64,000 nucleotides of DNA, taken from positions 513,739 through 577,738 of the forward strand of contig NMRA01000201.1 in the NCBI GenBank assembly GCA_002633005.1, written 5' to 3'. Positions 26,464 through 39,923 of this stretch are shown in pieces. This DNA is from Phoronis australis (Eukaryota > Animalia > Phoronida). Position 1 is the first letter of the stretch, and each line of letters begins with the position of its first letter. The notes beneath the pieces were generated by a model that saw nothing but the letters and a program-made list of their open reading frames with translations, searched no databases and was not told where the DNA came from. Position numbers and translations under genes: made by a program.

Positions 26464-26602
26464 CGCCGTATAAAAGTCCGTATGGTTCGTTAAGCAGCTG
26501 CACTCACAGTTACAGTTCCACTTATGGCACTATACAAGGGTCAGCAGTTACGTGCACGAGTCACCGAAACTTTGAAGGAATTGCCTTGCAGAACGGATAC
26601 AA
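26464..26602 (+). CDS. Exon 9 (TPYKSPYGSLSSCTHSYSSTYGTIQGSAVTCTSHRNFEGIALQNGYK)
   Basis: tttcag acceptor and AA|GTAAGC donor; its phase 1-2 is needed to join exon 8 to exon 10. Confidence 0.75.
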
Positions 26603-28516
26603 GTAAGCACCCTAAAATCGATACTTTAATCCATTCACAGCACTCGAGCTCCAAATCAGAGTTTTAATAAAAAATACAGCTTGGTTCTGCCGGATTGTCG
26701 CTTCCATGCAAGGTGTGTGTGTGTGTTGTTTTAGGGCACTGAGACCCCGACCGGGGGATTTACTGAGACATTACGATCAAGAGGTTGAAAATTTTCTGTC
26801 GTGGCTTCGAGGGGCAGCTCAAATTTCTAAGGACCCCACATCCCATGGGGTTTTGATAATCTTTTATCCAGTACAATATATTAAACACTTTAATCTGGCA
26901 CTGTGCAGCGCGATACTCAATACCCATCTTCAAATATAAAAACATTTTAACAAATACTGTAGTCATGTATGTAGCTGCATGAACAGACGCAACTGAAAGA
27001 CCTTTGTTAATTGTGGCAGTAGAAGTCAAGGTACTGTACAATTACATGTACTATGACAACGTTCGTAAGTGGACAGACGGTGCATGCTCAATTAAGACAG
27101 TTGTGGTATTGTGAAAACTAATTGACATACGCGTGAGATTTCCTGCCTGGTGTACTGTGCGGCATATATGAAAAATAGATGAAGTGAATCGCACAAAGAT
27201 GGCTGATGGTGCTATTAATCTCACACTTGAACGTCTACACGCGGAGGAATAAAAAGTTTGTTCCGGTGTTGCTCCTTGCTATGTAATAGAGGACTTAGAG
27301 TCAAATGTTTGTTTATCACAAGTGAAGCAGGTTAAGAAGTGTTATCACCGAGAACGTAATAAAGTTCATTTACAATTTTGTTCACTTTGCGGTCTAACCG
27401 CCCTAAACATTGTCAAACGGAGAACCGTCTGCTTGTGATTCGGCGTGTCGGAAACACGAGTGAAAACAAAAATAATCTGCCTGCAGTGCTTAGTACGGAA
27501 ATTATAATCAAAAATAAAACTTTGAATAATGGCGGCCTTCACTTGCATATTTGAAAAACCGCTCAAGGTTGCGAACGGTCACCCCCTAAATCATGAATGT
27601 CTATGCTTAGGCCACATAAAACAGCAAAGGAAAAACTTTGTCCAGCCAACCAAGATTACGTAAAAAACAGGATTTGGCTCCTGGACTAGAAAATGGCATT
27701 CCATTCTTACAATTCCATGATAAGCGGGAGATCCTCAGAGGCAAATTCCGCTTCAATGATGCCCATCGAAGTGTACAATACAATGCAATACAATCCATAT
27801 AAGCAATAGGAAATATAATAAAATTATTGTATACTATTATACAAACAAAATGGTGATACCTATCACCACTCCACAGAATACAACATGATGTCTATAGAAC
27901 ACATTGCCAATGTGCAAGTGATAACTACATTTACATCATCAGTGTACATCTGTATTTATGTCTGGGCGCGTGTGTATGTGTGCGTGTATGTCTGACGCTC
28001 TTTTGCATGGCGCTGACAGACGATGCAAAACTTAAACAGCAAAATAACGATAGAACTACATTTTTCAGCGCAGGTTTCTAATTTGAATTCTTCAAGGAAG
28101 AATGTATTTTTAATGACTTTGTGGCACATCGTTGGTGCCCCAAAGCTTGGCTTACCAATCGGGCACTGTACTGAGAATCACATCTGTCTAGTTGTTGACA
28201 AATTAGACCAGTTGAATGAAATAGGCGAACATTCTGAAAAAAATTCACACCATGACCCCGGCCTTCATGGTATACCTCTTAGCTTCAGAAATTAATCCGA
28301 TTAATGTGATTTGATTGAGATTTAAAGTTTTCGCAAAACTGAGAAGGCGAACCCGGGTTTTGTATTCTTGCTTAAATAATTTTTATTTAAGGAGTTCTGC
28401 GAACTCAGAACACCGGAACGCTTTCGGTCGTAGCCTATGTATAAGCAAATGCTTGTTTTTCGCGCCAATGTATACAAATGAAATGTGCCCTTACCCTCAT
28501 TTGAATTGTGTTTCAG

Positions 28517-29678
28517 ATACTGCATGCTGTACGAGGCCAGAGGGGGCGGTTACTTTAGAACAAGAAATACCGTTAATAACGCAATCGGTGGACCATACTT
28601 CTACCCTCAAGTCAAAAGCTCAAATATGGTTTGCATGTTATATGACAGTGAGCCTCCCACCCACTGTTCTCAAACAAACAGCTGCCCTTCATCCGCTTCT
28701 TACCGAGTAGATCCCGTGGGTATTGCTACAAGGATCACCAAGGATTCAACTGTTACGGTAACCTACGGAGGTTGGTCGGACCCTGTACATACGTCAGCCT
28801 TTCCGGAGTCTGCATCTGGGGTTGATCACTTGGAGCTAGGTCTTTACGGTATGGTCGAAAAGTCTTCCACACTCATCGGAGTTGGATCTAAGATTGGCAG
28901 TACTAAGAAAGTATCCAATGGGGCAGCCTCGATACAGTTTGCTTTACCAGGTCAAGGCTTATATGCAGTGATATTGGATGCCAAAGACATAGCCAACAAC
29001 GTCCGAAGGGCCAGGCGATTCGTCCTCTACGACCCGACGTCTAAAGTCGTAATAAGTACTTCACACCCTTTGAGAGTGACATCTGCCGCCGCTAATACCA
29101 ACTATCTTTGGCAAACTAATCATGGTAAAGTAACAGTGCAATGGAGCCAACATTTCTACAACGATTTTCATGTACATAATAACATGTTGCGTCAAATTCA
29201 AGCAGACGTTTTAGTTTCTGGATATTATGACCAAACAACAGGTGTCCTACCGGTGTCTGGTACGCCCAATGTGGATGGAATAACTGAATTTAACTATGGT
29301 ATTAATTCACTCCAAAGCAATGCTGTGCCGCCGTTGTCGTTGGTGACTCCGGCGCGGACAACGTCACTAACACTCAGTCCGACAATGCAAGATGGTCTGC
29401 AATACAAAATATGGATCCAGGCTACGGACATCATGGGAAACAAAAATATCGACAGCGCTACACTCAGTATTGATTCGACACCTCCTATCATATCGAAAGC
29501 CGGCGTTGTTAATAACGGCAAGAAAGAGCTGTTCGTTCACAGTGACTCGGATTTGTCGAAGATGTCTTTTGAGTTTAATGCCATGGACAGCCACAGTGGT
29601 CTTCATGAAGTTAAGTGGAAGCTCGGAACGACAGCTTTGAGTTCGGACATTAGCCAGGGGTCAATTGCAGTCAAAACG
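28517..29678 (+). CDS. Exon 10: first FN3/Ig-like repeats
   Basis: Within ORF 28485..29759; tttcag acceptor and ACG|GTAAGG donor; DSTPP and DSHSGL...WKLGT motifs. Confidence 0.9.
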
Positions 29679-30537
29679 GTAAGGTTGTTCAGCCAACTGC
29701 GTTTGATCACCCTATTGCACAAAGTTAGCTATAAACGTGTCCCACAATACACAGGCTAAAAATTAAATTGATGATTTTTTCAGTTTACAATTATCGCGGA
29801 TAAGACGTGTAGGCCATGTTTTACATTAAGGCAGATCTATCAACGAAAAATGATATTCTGAGAGCAGATGTAGCGCGTATTTCAACCAGGCACTTTTGGG
29901 GCCTTAAAAAAGCTCTGCTGGCTGAGCGAACTATATCCCACACGACGCATGATCGAGTAATTCATGCGTGGTCATTAGTTTCAGCCTACACCAAGTTGCT
30001 GGCCACAAAAGTGTTCTTGCGGATTTACTTGCGACACTCTCAATATCAGCGGGTCTGGCTATCAAACTACGTAAGCAAGTTGGCCCTACTCATCGTTTTC
30101 AAATAAAATGCTCAACAAAAATCGACACCTTGGATTCAGCCTCTTTGACGCTTCTTTGGACAATATGTTTCTCTGCCTCGTAAATGACATCAGATAATTG
30201 TCAACGATCCGATACCATAAAACTGGTGAGAACAAGTGTTGGGATAATATGGATGTAAGAACCATTGCGTTCTGAAAACTCATTTCCGTTTTAACTGTCG
30301 ATTTCAACCCTTGTCGCCTCCAATTTTATTCCTTCCCTCTCAAAGCCTGTGACAACAATTACATTTCTTTAAGTCAACTAATGAAGTACATTCTGTCATG
30401 TTTTCCCTGTACCAACCTGCTCCTCAAGCCAGTCATTTACCCTGTGAATCAAAATATACCAGAATTTTGTGTCTTCAGTAAATGCGACACGCATTATCAT
30501 CGATAACGAACTTAACTAGTCGCACTGTATTTTACAG

Positions 30538-31720
30538 GTTGACAAGTCAACGCCAAACCACTATTGTCCAATAGCAAGCCTAACGGGTTCTTACTGCGAG
30601 AATTTTCTCTATAGTGTAGACCTCAACCACTTGGTTGCTGCTAATAAGCACACGGGAAACCACAATCGGGAATATTACTTTACGCTGACGGCAACAAACA
30701 AAGCCATGCTTTCAAACAATCCAGTGACCGTCAAAATATTGGTTGATATCTCTGCCCCTACAACTGGTGTGGTTTTTGATGGAGATTCCTCCCAGGACGT
30801 TCAATTTCAAAGCGATCGCGTCTTAAAGGGAAAATGGCATGGCTTTGTGGATCATGAGAGTGGAGTAGAGTTTTACAAATATGCGTTTGCGGAAAAATGT
30901 CTTTCGAAAGAAGAACTAGCCAACAGTTCGACAACCACAACCGTGGCCAGTGGAAGTGGTATGGCAGATAAAGATGGCAAGTACTTTTTGAGTGTTGTGG
31001 CTTACAACGGAGCCAACGAACCTTCTGATGTAGCGTGCTCAAATGGAATTGTCGTGGACAGCACAGATCCAAAGATCACTGACCTTTATATTCACGGTCT
31101 GTACGTTCATGGCGGCATTGTATGCGACAACGGTGTATTCTGGTATGTACTTAACAACTTCACGAGGGTGTCGCTAACAAACGAAGCTTCTTGTCAGACG
31201 AAATGCACTTCATCAAACGTTGTCGAGTTACTTATTATCCCGAAGCTTGTCGACAACAATGGTACAACAATTTCTTACAACAGTGAACAGAGCCGGGCTG
31301 CTTGTGAGAGCAGTCCCCTGTTTGATGTGTCCCTACCCAAATTCATAACCACTGATCATTTTCGTCTTCGATGGAATTCAATTCAAAATACCCCAATTCT
31401 TGACTACCGGGTAGGAATAGGTGCTACAGAACCATCGCAAGAATCTACACACGGAGCTCAATTTTACAATTCGCTCAAATCCGGGATTGCCCAAGGTCAA
31501 AAATTGAACGTTTTGATAACAGCCACCACTAAAGCTAGAAAAAGTTCAAGCCTGCTATTTGGACCAATATTTGTGGATGAGACTCCTCCCAAGATGTCTG
31601 GACAGCTCAACGTAAATATGGGATTGACAGGGAGTGACCCGTTGCTCATATCTTGGGGAAGCAGTACCTTCTTCGATGCAGAATATCAAAATGGAATAGC
31701 AGACTTTCAATACGCCATAG
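30538..31720 (+). CDS. Exon 11: FN3-like repeats
   Basis: tttacag acceptor and G|GTAAGC donor; VDISAPTTGVVFDG...WHGFVDHESG motif. Confidence 0.9.
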
Positions 31721-32196
31721 GTAAGCCTCGTCACCATAACTTAAAGGACTCGGGCTTTCCCAAAAATCTAAGTTTTTACTTTCGCCACTTGTCACAATCA
31801 TAAGATTATAGACCGTGTGGCACTAATTGTATAGCGCGTAATGGTAGCGATCAAATGTTTGTTTCTGGGATGAACCGCGGGTTTAAAACCGATTTAAATC
31901 AACATTTCCTCTTTACCTACGGTTTCAAGTGCAAACCATCACGAAATTTTCAGGATATAGGTGTAGGTGTACCAAGCGATCGATGGCCGACGATCTCCCG
32001 ATTAATGCTGCTGTTGAAAACCCATTGGTTCCACTGCAACGAGAACTTTGTAGTTAGTCTGTTAAAAGTCTTTGAGCATTTTCAGTAGTACCATTGGTTC
32101 AATTAGGAAATAAATGCGCTTGATATCAACTGCCACCGATATCACGTGCAGCAATTCAATAGTCGTTAACTGTTGGGTGCTCACTTCTCGTTCTAG

Positions 32197-33608
32197 GTAC
32201 CGAAAATGACATTCAATTGGTGTCTGCATTTACGACCTTTCGTCCAGAGACTTCGTGTGCGCAATTACAGTATTGTATAACTATAGACAAAAAGCTCATA
32301 ACGCAGCATGCAGCAGCACTGGGACACAACTACGTAGTTAGTCTAAAGGTCTTCAATAAAGCTGGGTTGTACAGCATTTTTAAAACAAAGGCATTTAATG
32401 TGGCCCCAATAATCATTCCTGGCAATGTGTTTGATGTTACGTCTGGAAAGAATGATCAAGATGTTGACTTTATGCCGTACAATGACTACTGCGTCGGCTG
32501 GACAGGATTTAAAACCCACTACGGTAGTATCCAATACTCCGTTGGATTGGGCACCTCCAAGCTCAAAACTGACGTAATAGCGTATAGGCAAGCGACGGCC
32601 GGAAGCCAGTATTTATGCCTAGGTACTCCTTCAGTACAGTCTGATTTTACAATAGTTTACGCAACTGTCAAAGCAACATCTACCTTAGCCGGTTCCAGCT
32701 CAGCAATTGTGTCATCCGACGGCGCCCTTGTTATCAGTAAATCTGTCCATTTGACGAATTTCGACGTTTACGACGGTTCAGGTTGCGAGTCGGCAAATGC
32801 TGCTGAAGTCTTAGCAAGTCGTTTGATAGAACCTTCTCAATCGCACAATGTTCAGTTCAACTATTCTGAATTCCTAAGTGTGAGATACACAGTAAAACTA
32901 ACTAGCTCTCACGACCTTTCTATGGTGAAGATCACCCAATCAGGCGGGCAACCTGTTAACACCCAGTACACGCCTACCGGCGGTTCCTACATGGCGCTAT
33001 TTACATTTGAGTGGACTGGTAAATCTTATGCCTTCACGGTCACCAACACTGGCTCCCTGATTTATAATATAACATCTGTGTCTCTGTTGCCGTGTGCCAT
33101 AGACGACGACTTCCAAGCCAGGACGACGTCGTTAGCTGGTCATTGGCAGATGCCATCTGCTGTTCACCAGAAGGTTTCTCATTACGAATGCTCTGTAGCT
33201 GAAGACACGTGCACTTCATCCGGTTGCACGTTTGCTGACAACATAGTAGCGTGGACCCCCAAGGACAAGCAACAGCATTGTGAATTTAATGGGTTAAACC
33301 TCAAAACAGGCAACAGATACAGATTATTAGTTCGGCCATGTTTCCACGGGGTATGTCTGAAGGGATCGGCGTCAAACGGAGTTACAATAACACCGGATGC
33401 AGCAGTCGTGGGTAGCGTTACTGCAAATGTTGACCTTAAAGGAAGTTCAGGCGCATACGTAGCACAAACATCTGTCCAATGGCAAAAGTTTGTAGTTACC
33501 AGTGGAGCATTGAAAGAGCATGTTATACGCTACGAATGGACCTTGTCTTCAAGTCAGACGGCCAAAGAAGCACTTATGACATGGAGACCTGTATATGACA
33601 AAACACAG
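32197..33608 (+). CDS. Exon 12: FN3-like repeats with a Cys-bracketed insert
   Basis: ttctag acceptor and CAG|GTAAGA donor; in frame with ORF 32217..33641. Confidence 0.9.
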
Positions 33609-35195
33609 GTAAGAGAATACCTAGTTTCCACGGCTTTTTAATTGTCACGAAGATGCAATACGTGAACTTTTTAGTCAACACTGCTGCTGCACGTGTTATC
33701 CTCAAAATATCGTCACAATGAGCTGTATTCGACGTGAAAGTCAATTAAATGAAAACAACAGTTGTTAGTTTTATTTCGAGTCAACCTAATCAAACTCATT
33801 TTTCGTCTTATAACCGCAATTTAAACATTGCTAATTTCTATCAAAGAGATGAAGTAAACTGTAAACTGTAATTAAACGTAAGCTTTGTCGTAACAGAAGC
33901 AATAAAAGTGCCAGCAAAGTGTAGACTGCTTGGCGATACAAATCTCAGTTTCAAATTTAAAATATGTCACTTACTACTCTCAAGTTGATTTTCGTCAACT
34001 GCCTTGGCAAGGTTGTTTCTTTCCTGAGATTTGTATGCACTGAGTCAAACAGGCTTCCCCTGGGAATTGGATTATCCGATAAGTGTACAGGGGTGCGGGT
34101 TTGTTAGTGAGACACGTCAACAAATGACGTGTGCTGCCAAACGTTCTGCTGAAATCTTCTATATTGGAATAGTTTTTTAGTTGCGTGATCAATGAAGTGT
34201 GTAATGTTTTGTGAATGCCACAAATTCTATCTGATCAACTCTATTTAAATTTATGAATTTAGTAAGAAAATGTGGAACCTTCGGTAATCTTGCTCACACG
34301 AAGGCGTTGGGAAAAGGCAATTAGGAATCAGTTAGGGGGCTGGAATTCGTGTCACTGAACAAGGCATCAACTTAATTCTGTTCCGAACTGTTACAATAAA
34401 GGTGAAAAGTATAAGCGTTCGGTGTATTCTACGAAGTGTATTAGTCTCTAATCATTACCCTGCACTGATCAACATTCAATGCCAATTCACCAAATTGTGG
34501 ACTTGGCGAAAATCCCAAGTCGCCAAAGGAATTTTGAGGTCGGAAAAACATTTCGGTGGTCGGCAACAATATCAATAAAAAAGTTGTGTTGCTTTCACCG
34601 TTATTTAGAATTACATATTACTCTTCCTTTTCTACCCGAAGTATGCAGCCACTTGCTGGGTATTGCGGTACAACATTCCCTTACGTAAGATATTGCCGCG
34701 TCAGACTATCCAAGACTGACGTTTTCCCGTCATTCGACAGATGTCCCTAGGTCGACTCTACGATCACGTGAACAACGTAAACCTGAGTTCATAATTTATT
34801 CACAAATACTGTAATCCGAGTTGTATTTTTGTTTCCTAAGCCTATCTCAACCCAATTGAATTCCTTTTACAACAGGTCGCTAAATACAATCTGAAGAGGC
34901 TTTGGAGACCTTCAGTCGCCAAATTGAGCACTGCCGTGACATTTTCCGAAAAAGCTATGTAGGAGCACTGTGATAATTTTGATACACTTGTTAATAAATA
35001 GCATGCAATCAAAATTGTCGCAGTTATTAAAAAGCTATTACCAATATTGTATGTTCGATTCAGAAAGCATAGTAATAAGGTAACGAATTTGGACGGTTCA
35101 CCCCTGTCTTTTTCAAATTTTATTTTAGATGCCAACAAACACCTCATTCTTTTATCTTTTTCTCAACTTCTAAATCATTCTCACTATCTCTGCAG

Positions 35196-35904
35196 GACAC
35201 CGCAGTTATAACATGGAAGAAACATCGGTTACAGGCGATTTACCTACTATTAAAGGGATATTCCTTGGCGAATGTGGAAACACTTTACGTAAACAAGATC
35301 ATTATTGAAAAATACTCGTCCACACCTGTGGACAAGGCAGTACACGATCTGTCCAAAGCCGACGTTGAGCGGTTCAGCAAAACTGCTCATGCAACTAATA
35401 TTCTAACCACAGAACTCACAAAATTGCACAACGCTGAAGTGGACTTTACTAGTTTAACAGACAAGGCATACGCTCTTTTCGCTGGACCATCATATGATAG
35501 CTACCAGTGGTTTTTGACAACAGAAGCTAATCCAAGTTTGGATTGTTCAACAAACCCGCGATGCCTGTCTTCAGTAAACAACACTCAAAACAACGTAGAG
35601 TTCAAAATAACTCTTGCACATGGTATAAAGTATTTCACTTGTCTTCGGACGGAGGCTCAAACAAAGCAGCTTGCAACCCACACAGAGAACTTGCCTGCTG
35701 TCATGCTATGTAGTAACGGATTCGTAGTCGACACAGATGCACCTGTTAAGGAAGAACTCACCGTGTTGTCCCTAAGCAGCTCCAATCTTGGTGTCCTGTT
35801 CAGCAGAATCACCGATAGCGTCGAATTCAAGTTTAAATTTAAAGACCTCGAAGACAATGTTCCGGGGATTTCGTCTGGTGTAAAGAACTATTGGTACTAC
35901 ATTG
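35196..35904 (+). CDS. Exon 13: FN3-like repeats
   Basis: ctgcag acceptor and G|GTAAGT donor; in frame with ORF 35265..35912. Confidence 0.88.
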
Positions 35905-37401
35905 GTAAGTAGAACATTTTACTTTTGTAAACAGTTATTCACCAAAGTCCATTAGATGTATGAGATATGAACACTATGCAGCGATGCGTGGAAAGAAGAA
36001 TGACCTGCTATCTTTAAGGGCTCGGGTAGATGGAAGTGGTGCTTGGTACAGTTTTGAAAACGGGAAACTCACTAACAGCCGTGTAATCATTGATAGAACA
36101 TCGTAGAGGAAGCCTAGGCAATCTTCTGGGCAAAATCTCAGGTCTTCCCGGCAATAAGTCCAAACAAACGTGTCTAGACTGGTGCACGTTCTGAGAACGA
36201 GGATGTAACGAAAGAGACAATGATTTGAACCTGCCAAAAACCTCCTTTCCCACAGTTCCTCGACATTTTGCATAGGGTGCATGCAAGTCCCAGGACGAGA
36301 ACGCATTTTTTTGCCATAATCAAAGTAGACAAAGATAGCCTTGTGCACCTGTAGCTGTTTGGAACACGATCTCGTGTTTACCTTACATGTATTGAAACAG
36401 GTTGCGCTCACTGGCGCACGTCGCACATAATGCACAATATCGTAAAACAACGTGCGGCTGTGGCCCATTGCCGTTACAGGAAGCCCGACCCGACCTCTAC
36501 GTGTATAATGATGTTGATTGTCGGTAGATATTCGGCTAAATGCAGCGACTTGCCCATGAGGTTTCACAGAACAACGTTGTACCATGCACCACAACTGTTG
36601 CTAAGTAATTTATAGGCTGTCACTTACCAGCTTCAGGGTACAAGCGAGGTTACTGTGCTCCAGGATCTTACCCGTTCTCGTCAATCTCCCACCATTCTTT
36701 CTCAACGACATACATGTACATATTTCTTCTCTCCCTCCAATGACATCGATTGCGCTGAGTGATTCAAAACAATTCATGAGCACACTGCAAACTGTGTCTG
36801 AATGTAGACAAGTTTTAGTTTAAAATCGGTTTCGGGAACCGTTGAGTATCCCATTGACTAAGATAACTGAACAAAACTAATTCGCATGCGTCATGGTGTC
36901 AAGAGGCACGCGTGAATGACAGTCAAAACGGATTATCTGCTGCAAATTTGTAAATTGCGCTATTGAACGACATCTTTCTTCAGCCCATGTCTGCGAATTA
37001 TGGTATGGGACAGAATATGTCCATTTTATCTTCAGCTTTCAACATTTCGCGGATTCTAGTTGCTGCTTGACGGGGCCCGTTAAAACACCAGTTTTGAAAC
37101 GGCCGTATTTTGGCTGTTGTTTTAACAAGTGATAATCATAACATATATTATACAACACTAGCGTTAGAGAATTCCATTTTGCTTCTTTTGGGAGGACCAT
37201 TATCTGTAGAAAAGCTTTTTCGTGAGGCATGGTACATAAATTAATATCCATTTCACTCGTCAATAATATATTAGTTGATAGTTTACTTGTTACTGTTCTG
37301 ACTCACCGTTTAAATTTTAGAGGTAATTTGCAGAATCAAGTGGTAATTTGCAGAGTGGAGTAATAAATTTATTGATTACGTTTTGCCTACCATATCTACA
37401 G

Positions 37402-37518
37402 GAACGTCAGCTGGCCAGAAAGACGTGGCCAACAAAACCAACGTAGGACGGCAAACTCATGTTATAGTAGAGAACATTTCCTTGGTCAGTGGGAAGGAAT
37501 ATTTTGTGACAGTTGATG
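37402..37518 (+). CDS. Exon 14 (GTSAGQKDV...LVSGKEYFVTVD)
   Basis: ctacag acceptor and G|GTGAGT donor, phase 1-1; continues the IGT...DV...L..G..Y.VTV repeat. Confidence 0.85.
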
Positions 37519-38520
37519 GTGAGTTTTCCCATAAATTACAAATAACACCTGCTTTGAAATTAAAAACCTTTTGTACTCAACATTTAGACAAAAGCTTGTG
37601 TATTAACCTAGTTTATGCCACTTGCATCTACTTCTGCATGTTATGTTACCCTTGACTTACGTAGTACTTAATTCAAAAGCTAAATGTACGTATAAGCTAC
37701 ACGATCCTCTGAAAGCAACTTCTTTAGTTAACTGAATTACTCGTGGTGGGTAAAGCCGGTCGACTTCGCTTGAGATTTAGCTGGATGTCATTGTGTCTGA
37801 ACAAGTTGCCAGGACAACACTGTCTAGACGTAAGTCACCGTTTTAGTAGAATGGAACAAGTTTCACTAAACAAACACGACTGTAGGCTAATCGTTTCATT
37901 AAACTATCTCGGTCCAATCTTCGCCGATGTTAGATTGGGATCGAGCATAACTCTTACGAGAGTCACTTCAAGTTACTTTAGACAATGTTTGCAGTAATAG
38001 CATGACCAACATTGAAGAAAATAATCACTCGTTGAATGGGATTGTTGGGGATAGTATTGGCAGGCATGCTGTATCTTATACGCCCTTGGGGTAGTCGGCA
38101 AATTTTGTATTTGTGCCACGTCGACTATAGCCAAAATATAACTGGTAAAATCCCTTGATTAAATTAGAACATCCGATGAATGTATACCGTAATCGAATGT
38201 ATTTCGTTCTCAATAGCATCCATCAAAGGTGGAAATCTAAGGCCAAACAAAATACCCTAATTGATCCTTGTCTGTTTTTGTCTTTGAAAATTGAGGTATT
38301 GATGAGTGGTTTTAGATGTCCACTTTCAAAATGAAAAAAAAATATTTCGATGCTTCTCCGGAGGATTTATGTCCCCCATTGTCACCAGTTACAAGGTTAC
38401 ATGGCAAGTAAATTTTATTCCTATCGTCACTCGATGCAAGATACGATGGTCGCAGATTATGCATGGTATTAGTTCGTTATTATAAACATTTCACTGCAAG
38501 GAAGGTTGTCTGTTTTTCAG

Positions 38521-38819
38521 CTGAAGATTACGCCGGACACGTGACCTCTGTTTCATCCAAGCCGTTTCAAGTGGATCCTACGTCACCAGTAGCAACAAAT
38601 GCCAAACTACGTGTGGGCTCACCACATACTAATTATCAACAGCTGGCTGGTCATATGTTGCAATTTCATTGGTTTGGATTTGAAGACAGTGAAAGTGGAA
38701 TAGCTAGATACGAATTCAGAATACACCCCTTTGAGTTCAAAGAGTATTCGTCAAATTACGCACTTGTAGACGAAGGAGTGGGATTTGTGGATGGACTCAC
38801 GTACTATCCTGAAGTGAAG
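38521..38819 (+). CDS. Exon 15: FN3-like repeat
   Basis: ttttcag acceptor and AAG|GTACGT donor; VDPTSP...WFGFEDSESGIARY. Confidence 0.88.
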
Positions 38820-38921
38820 GTACGTAGTGGTCGTTTGCATCTCCTCGTGTGACTTTGAAATATTCTGTATTTTTGTGAATATGGTACTTTTAGGTTTTAA
38901 TGTTCACATTTATCTGCTTAG

Positions 38922-39177
38922 GTTACAAATGGAGCTGGCTCGATGACTCTTCTGAAAGAAAAATTCGTGTTCGACTCCTCTCCCCCATCAGCTGGCGTTG
39001 TTCGAGAATGCACGAGTTTAATCGACTTGAAAGACATTGACTATCAAGTGAGCACGGCTAAAATATGTGCCTCGTGGTCTGGTTTCCATGATCCTCACAC
39101 ATCTATATCCGAATATCGAATTGGTGTAGAAGAGGAGGGTGTTCAGCCTATTTTGTTTAGCGTCGGGTCCAAAACAG
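38922..39177 (+). CDS. Exon 16: FN3-like repeat
   Basis: gcttag acceptor and G|GTGAAT donor; DSSPPSAGVV...DIDYQ...WSGFHDPH. Confidence 0.88.
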
Positions 39178-39591
39178 GTGAATGTTCTTACCTTTCTTCG
39201 TTGATTAGACGATAAACCCCTGAAAATAGTTTTCAATACGTCGTGTACATTGGTGGAACTACGGCATGACTCACGGGGTTTACTCCCATCAAGGCTACGA
39301 TCAAAAAACGCCACCCCTAGAAAATGGAGCCACCGGCGGGATTACCCCTCCCCCTTTTTTTAAATGGTTGTAGAGTGGTATAGCATCCGGAAACGTTTCG
39401 TTGAGGTCTCTCAAATTTTATCAAAGCAAAAATTTGTCATGAGAACAACACCTTCATTGAAATCATTACATGAACCGTTCATGTTCCTAACATTCCATAC
39501 TTCTGCACAACTTCTACGGGTGAGTTAGCAAGGGACACATGTGTGTACATAAAAAATCTGCCTGTGAAAAACGAGAGGTTTCACATTTCAG

Positions 39592-39778
39592 TCTTCATCT
39601 TTGATGGAAGCTTCAAAGCTGGACGGAAATACGTTGTAACTGTTGAAGCGTGCAACTCAGTTGGTTTATGTACAACCGCCCAATCAGATGGCGTAATTAT
39701 TGATCCCTCTCCGCCAATTGCTGGTGTTGTGACTATTGGACACAGGCAGTTTGAGCACAGTCGATATCAAGCTTCAAG
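39592..39778 (+). CDS. Exon 17: FN3-like repeat
   Basis: tttcag acceptor and AG|GTAAAT donor; YVVTVEACNSVGLC...DPSPP. Confidence 0.88.
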
Positions 39779-39923
39779 GTAAATTGTATTCTTCTGTTTG
39801 CGTTTTGAAAGTTTTGGAATTGAGTAGGGCTTTTATCAAAACAAATGTGAACACAAAATTAATCTACCATGTTTCTGTAGTGATGTACTGCTCGCTTCTA
39901 CATCGTCGTCTTTTCTTTCACAG

